Below, one piece after another: positions 61,126-64,000 of a DNA stretch of 64,000 nt. The position numbers and the translations under genes are program-made. This stretch comes from Rhodosorus marinus CCMP1338 (lineage: Eukaryota > Plantae > Rhodophyta). The DNA is taken from positions 930,001-994,000 of the forward strand of contig JAMWBK010000003.1 in assembly GCA_029953675.1 (NCBI GenBank). The letters are read 5' to 3'. The notes beneath the pieces were generated by a model. It saw only the letters and a list, made by a program, of their open reading frames with translations, was not told where the DNA came from and searched no databases. Numbering within the stretch: position 1 is the stretch's first letter; each line of letters starts with the position of its first letter.

Positions 61126-62512
61126 ATGGACGGTGGATTTGTTCCTGGTTGGAAGGTTGTTGAGAGGAAGGTGGGGGGCCGTCCGAGCACGTGCAGACGG
61201 AGGCGCGTCCCCAGGCCTGTCATTGTACGCAAGGCTGGTGAGGATATTGATGATGGTGGATGGAAATACATAGACTTAATGGAGAGGCAGAAGGATGACA
61301 AGCCTGGCTCGGCCCTGTGGCTCGGCGGGAGGTATTTTCAGAGGGAGCTTGCAGGAATATTTTCTCAGGTTTTTGATACTGCCAAGGGGGTGTTTGGGTT
61401 TAAAACACGACCTGTTCTTGCACATCAACTTGGCTTGAAGTTGGACAATGATATGGTAGGGTTATCGATTTCGACTGGATTTAATGAGGTTGCATTAACG
61501 CAACTCGGTGTCTGTGTGGTTCCAGGTTAGGGAACGCGAGCGGGTTCGAGAGGAGAAGACACCGCTGTACTCAAACAGCCCTCTTCCATCAAGAATAATT
61601 TACAGCACGGTGTGCTGGTTTCTTGACGCTGCTTATCACGAGCGACCGATTGCAAGGTGAACCGGCTTCCTTCCCCGCTCCATTGACGAAGGCAGCAGAC
61701 TCCTAGACTTGCAGACAGACGTGACCAGACCCCAGTGACTGAGAAAGATTTCCTCTTCCTCTTCGGTTGCCCTAAAACGTTGGTCGCTTCTAGGTTCTGG
61801 TTTCTGGAAACCGTGGCTAGGATGCCGTATTTCGCTTATCTATCCGTCCTCCACCTCTATGAAACGTTCGGATGGTGGCATGTGTCTGAACTTCGTAAGA
61901 TTCACTTTGCCGAGGACTGGAACGAGCTTCACCATCTTCTGATTATGGAATCACTAGGTAAGCTAGGGACTCTAGAGACCTTGAAAAATTCATGTAGATG
62001 ATAATCTGAAACGCTTGCTGGCAGGCGGTGATTCCGTGTGGTCTGATAGATTCCTTGCGAGTCACGCTGCTCTAATCTACTATTGGTACGTGAGCGATCG
62101 TTTCTTCTAGTCTACACACTCGGGCCTTACGTGCATTCTCACCCACAGGGTGCTGGTGTTGACGTACTTTTTGTCGCCGTCGATGTCATACAATTTCTCC
62201 GAACTTCTCGAGAACCACGCCGTAGACACGTACGGGGAGTTCATAGACGAAAACGAGGAACAGCTGAAGACCTTGCCAGCACCAGATGTAGCGAGGCAGT
62301 ATTACGAGAATGGGGATTTGTACTTGTTCGATACGTTCCAAACGGCGGTCCCTCTCGCAACTCGTAGGCCGAAGTGTGATGACCTTTACGACGTGTTTTG
62401 CAACATTTTCCGAGACGAGCAGGAGCACGTGAAGACCATGGAAGCCTGTTCCGATTACACCAAGCTCGGAATATTTATTCAGAGCCCACATCAGCGCTTC
62501 TACCAAGGGTAA
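61126..62512 (+). CDS. PTOX: Plastid terminal oxidase (PTOX/IMMUTANS, di-iron carboxylate), about 5 exons
   Basis: [52 protein letters not shown]...[23 protein letters not shown]. Transit peptide MDGGFVPGW... Confidence 0.94.
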
Positions 62513-62589
62513 GGCATACGGGGATGAGGATCGGTCTTTGGGTTTCCCTGGCTAACGAGACCATGCATCTTTTGTGGGCGGTGCAGACT

Positions 62590-62673
62590 GAAGGCAGAAG
62601 TGAAGGCAGAAGTGAAGGCAGAAGTGAAGGCAGAAGTGAAGGCAGAAGTGAAGGAAGAAGAGAAGGAAGAAGA
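62590..62673 (+). repeat. 12-bp minisatellite (GAAGGCAGAAGT)x5 plus two variant units
   Basis: Five perfect units at 62590-62649, then GAAGGAAGAAGA twice. Confidence 0.95.
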
Positions 62674-62910
62674 GAAGCAAGGGGAGGAGAGAGAGACACA
62701 AACAAAACCGCCCGCCCTCATGAGAGACGAGCGGCAAAAGTTCGAAGATGGAATGGGGCTATAATATAGAGAGATTCAAAAAAAATTTGACAGAAGTCCA
62801 CCGGTTGGTCGCTTCCGCAAATTTTCGGCAAGGAAGAAAAGGCTCGAAGGATGAACTGGCCACGACATAATCACAGACAACCAAAAAAAGGGGATCTTAT
62901 GGGCCTCATC

Positions 62911-63141
62911 CTAGACGGCGCATACTGAAGCCGATGAACCGGCATGTATCGTCGACGACCCCGCATTGAGGATCCAGTCATACACCCTCTCCTCCCCATA
63001 GTGCTCATCATGATCCAAATTGACTAGCAGATCGCCAGTTGCGAGGCTACCCGCCATAATTCCAATGTCCAATCGTCGCCTCCAAAACCCGTTCTCGTCA
63101 AGGCAGATATCCAGATCCTGAACAGCTATTTCCAAAATCAA
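62911..63141 (-). mobile_element. Possible copia aspartic-protease remnant
   Basis: YDWILNAGSSTIH resembles the copia WILDSGASxHM motif with Asp changed to Asn; no other context. Confidence 0.3.
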
Positions 63142-63789
63142 TCAACACCTTTTAAATACGATTGAAGGCAATGATTACCAAAGTCGATTTTGGGATACTT
63201 TTTTTGATCCAGATATTCAATCACACGGATATTTTGTCTTATGAATGCTTTTAATATACCAGAGAATCAACCAAAAAAATTGCAAGGAGGGCGCGATTAT
63301 TTTTGATTGAATATTGTGTATGGGACAATCATTATTATGCATGACATTGTTTTTATAAAGATTTACGATTACTACAAGTTATTTGTTTTTGGGAAGTTAT
63401 TTTGAGGAAAATTCGAACGGATGCTGTTTTTTATTTCGAAAACTTTGAAAATGCCGCCTACGGCTTAAAATTTGATTTTGGTCTTCGGAGTGTTTTGTTT
63501 TTTTTCCTGAGAATTTTGGTTGCAGACGAAAAAGGGTAATTTTGGATGTTCGAAAGCATCCAACCTTCTTTTTTGATGTCTTTTGAGCACATATGGGTGG
63601 CGGAACTAGGAGTATCGAATTTGCGCCATTTTCGATGGATTTTTCGAGAATGGCTGGGTGGCGGTTGGATGCATTGAGAGGGTTTTTGGATGTCTGTTTA
63701 GGGTATTGGGAGGCGGTCTTGGATGCTTATAAGTCCTCAAGGTTTGGATGGAGGTGTCAATGAGGGTGGTAGGTTTGTCTATTTGGGGT

Positions 63790-63900
63790 GAGGTGGGCTA
63801 AGAGGCGAAGTTTTAACGAGAGGTGTGAGGTGGGCTAAGAGGCGAAGTTTTAACGAGAGGTGTGAGGTGGGCTAGGAGGCGAAGTTTTAACGAGAGGTGT
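63790..63900 (+). repeat. 37-bp tandem repeat x3
   Basis: GAGGTGGGCTA(A/G)GAGGCGAAGTTTTAACGAGAGGTGT at 63790, 63827 and 63864; no spacers. Confidence 0.95.
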
Positions 63901-64000
63901 GGGGTTGGGTGAATGTGACAGAATGGTTGAGTGTTGCTTTGTTCCGCTTGGTGGAGGTCTGAATGGGGTGAGGAGGAGGAATCAGGGCGTGAGGGTTTGC

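Noticed and set aside
62398-62769. ORF with EGRS repeats
   Set aside because: It is just the translation of the 12-bp minisatellite overlapping the PTOX end.

Overview
Gene-dense eukaryotic nuclear DNA with short (mostly 70-250 nt) GT-AG introns and AT-rich spacers. The most likely source is a unicellular red alga; this is inferred from Phe/Val-led plastid transit peptides, PTOX, an OLE1-type desaturase-cytochrome b5 fusion and a bacterial-type IolG. About 20 protein genes can be supported: APX, a FAM185A/DUF4097-like protein, a CCT-domain protein, RRP8, PP1 inhibitor-2, SMC1, a histidine phosphatase, a Methanosarcina/alphaproteobacterial-type SerC, an FG-GAP-like membrane protein, 6-phosphogluconolactonase, YIPF6, a UPL3/TRIP12 HECT E3, an atypical RHD3/Sey1 GTPase, OLE1, a ZC3H3-like protein, GapC, IolG, PTOX and a few small proteins. 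There are also decayed Ty1/copia fragments and several tandem or inverted repeats. I found no rRNA, tRNA or CRISPR. The most interesting candidates are a 59-aa 'helix-only' Survivin/Bir1-like microprotein, an RHD3-like GTPase whose transmembrane hairpin is replaced by a Q-rich linker and beta-strand tail, a perfect 23-bp hairpin filling a probable intron, and a ~177-bp tandem array with a largely open reading frame. Exon models were read by eye and all homologies were recognised from memory, not by database search.
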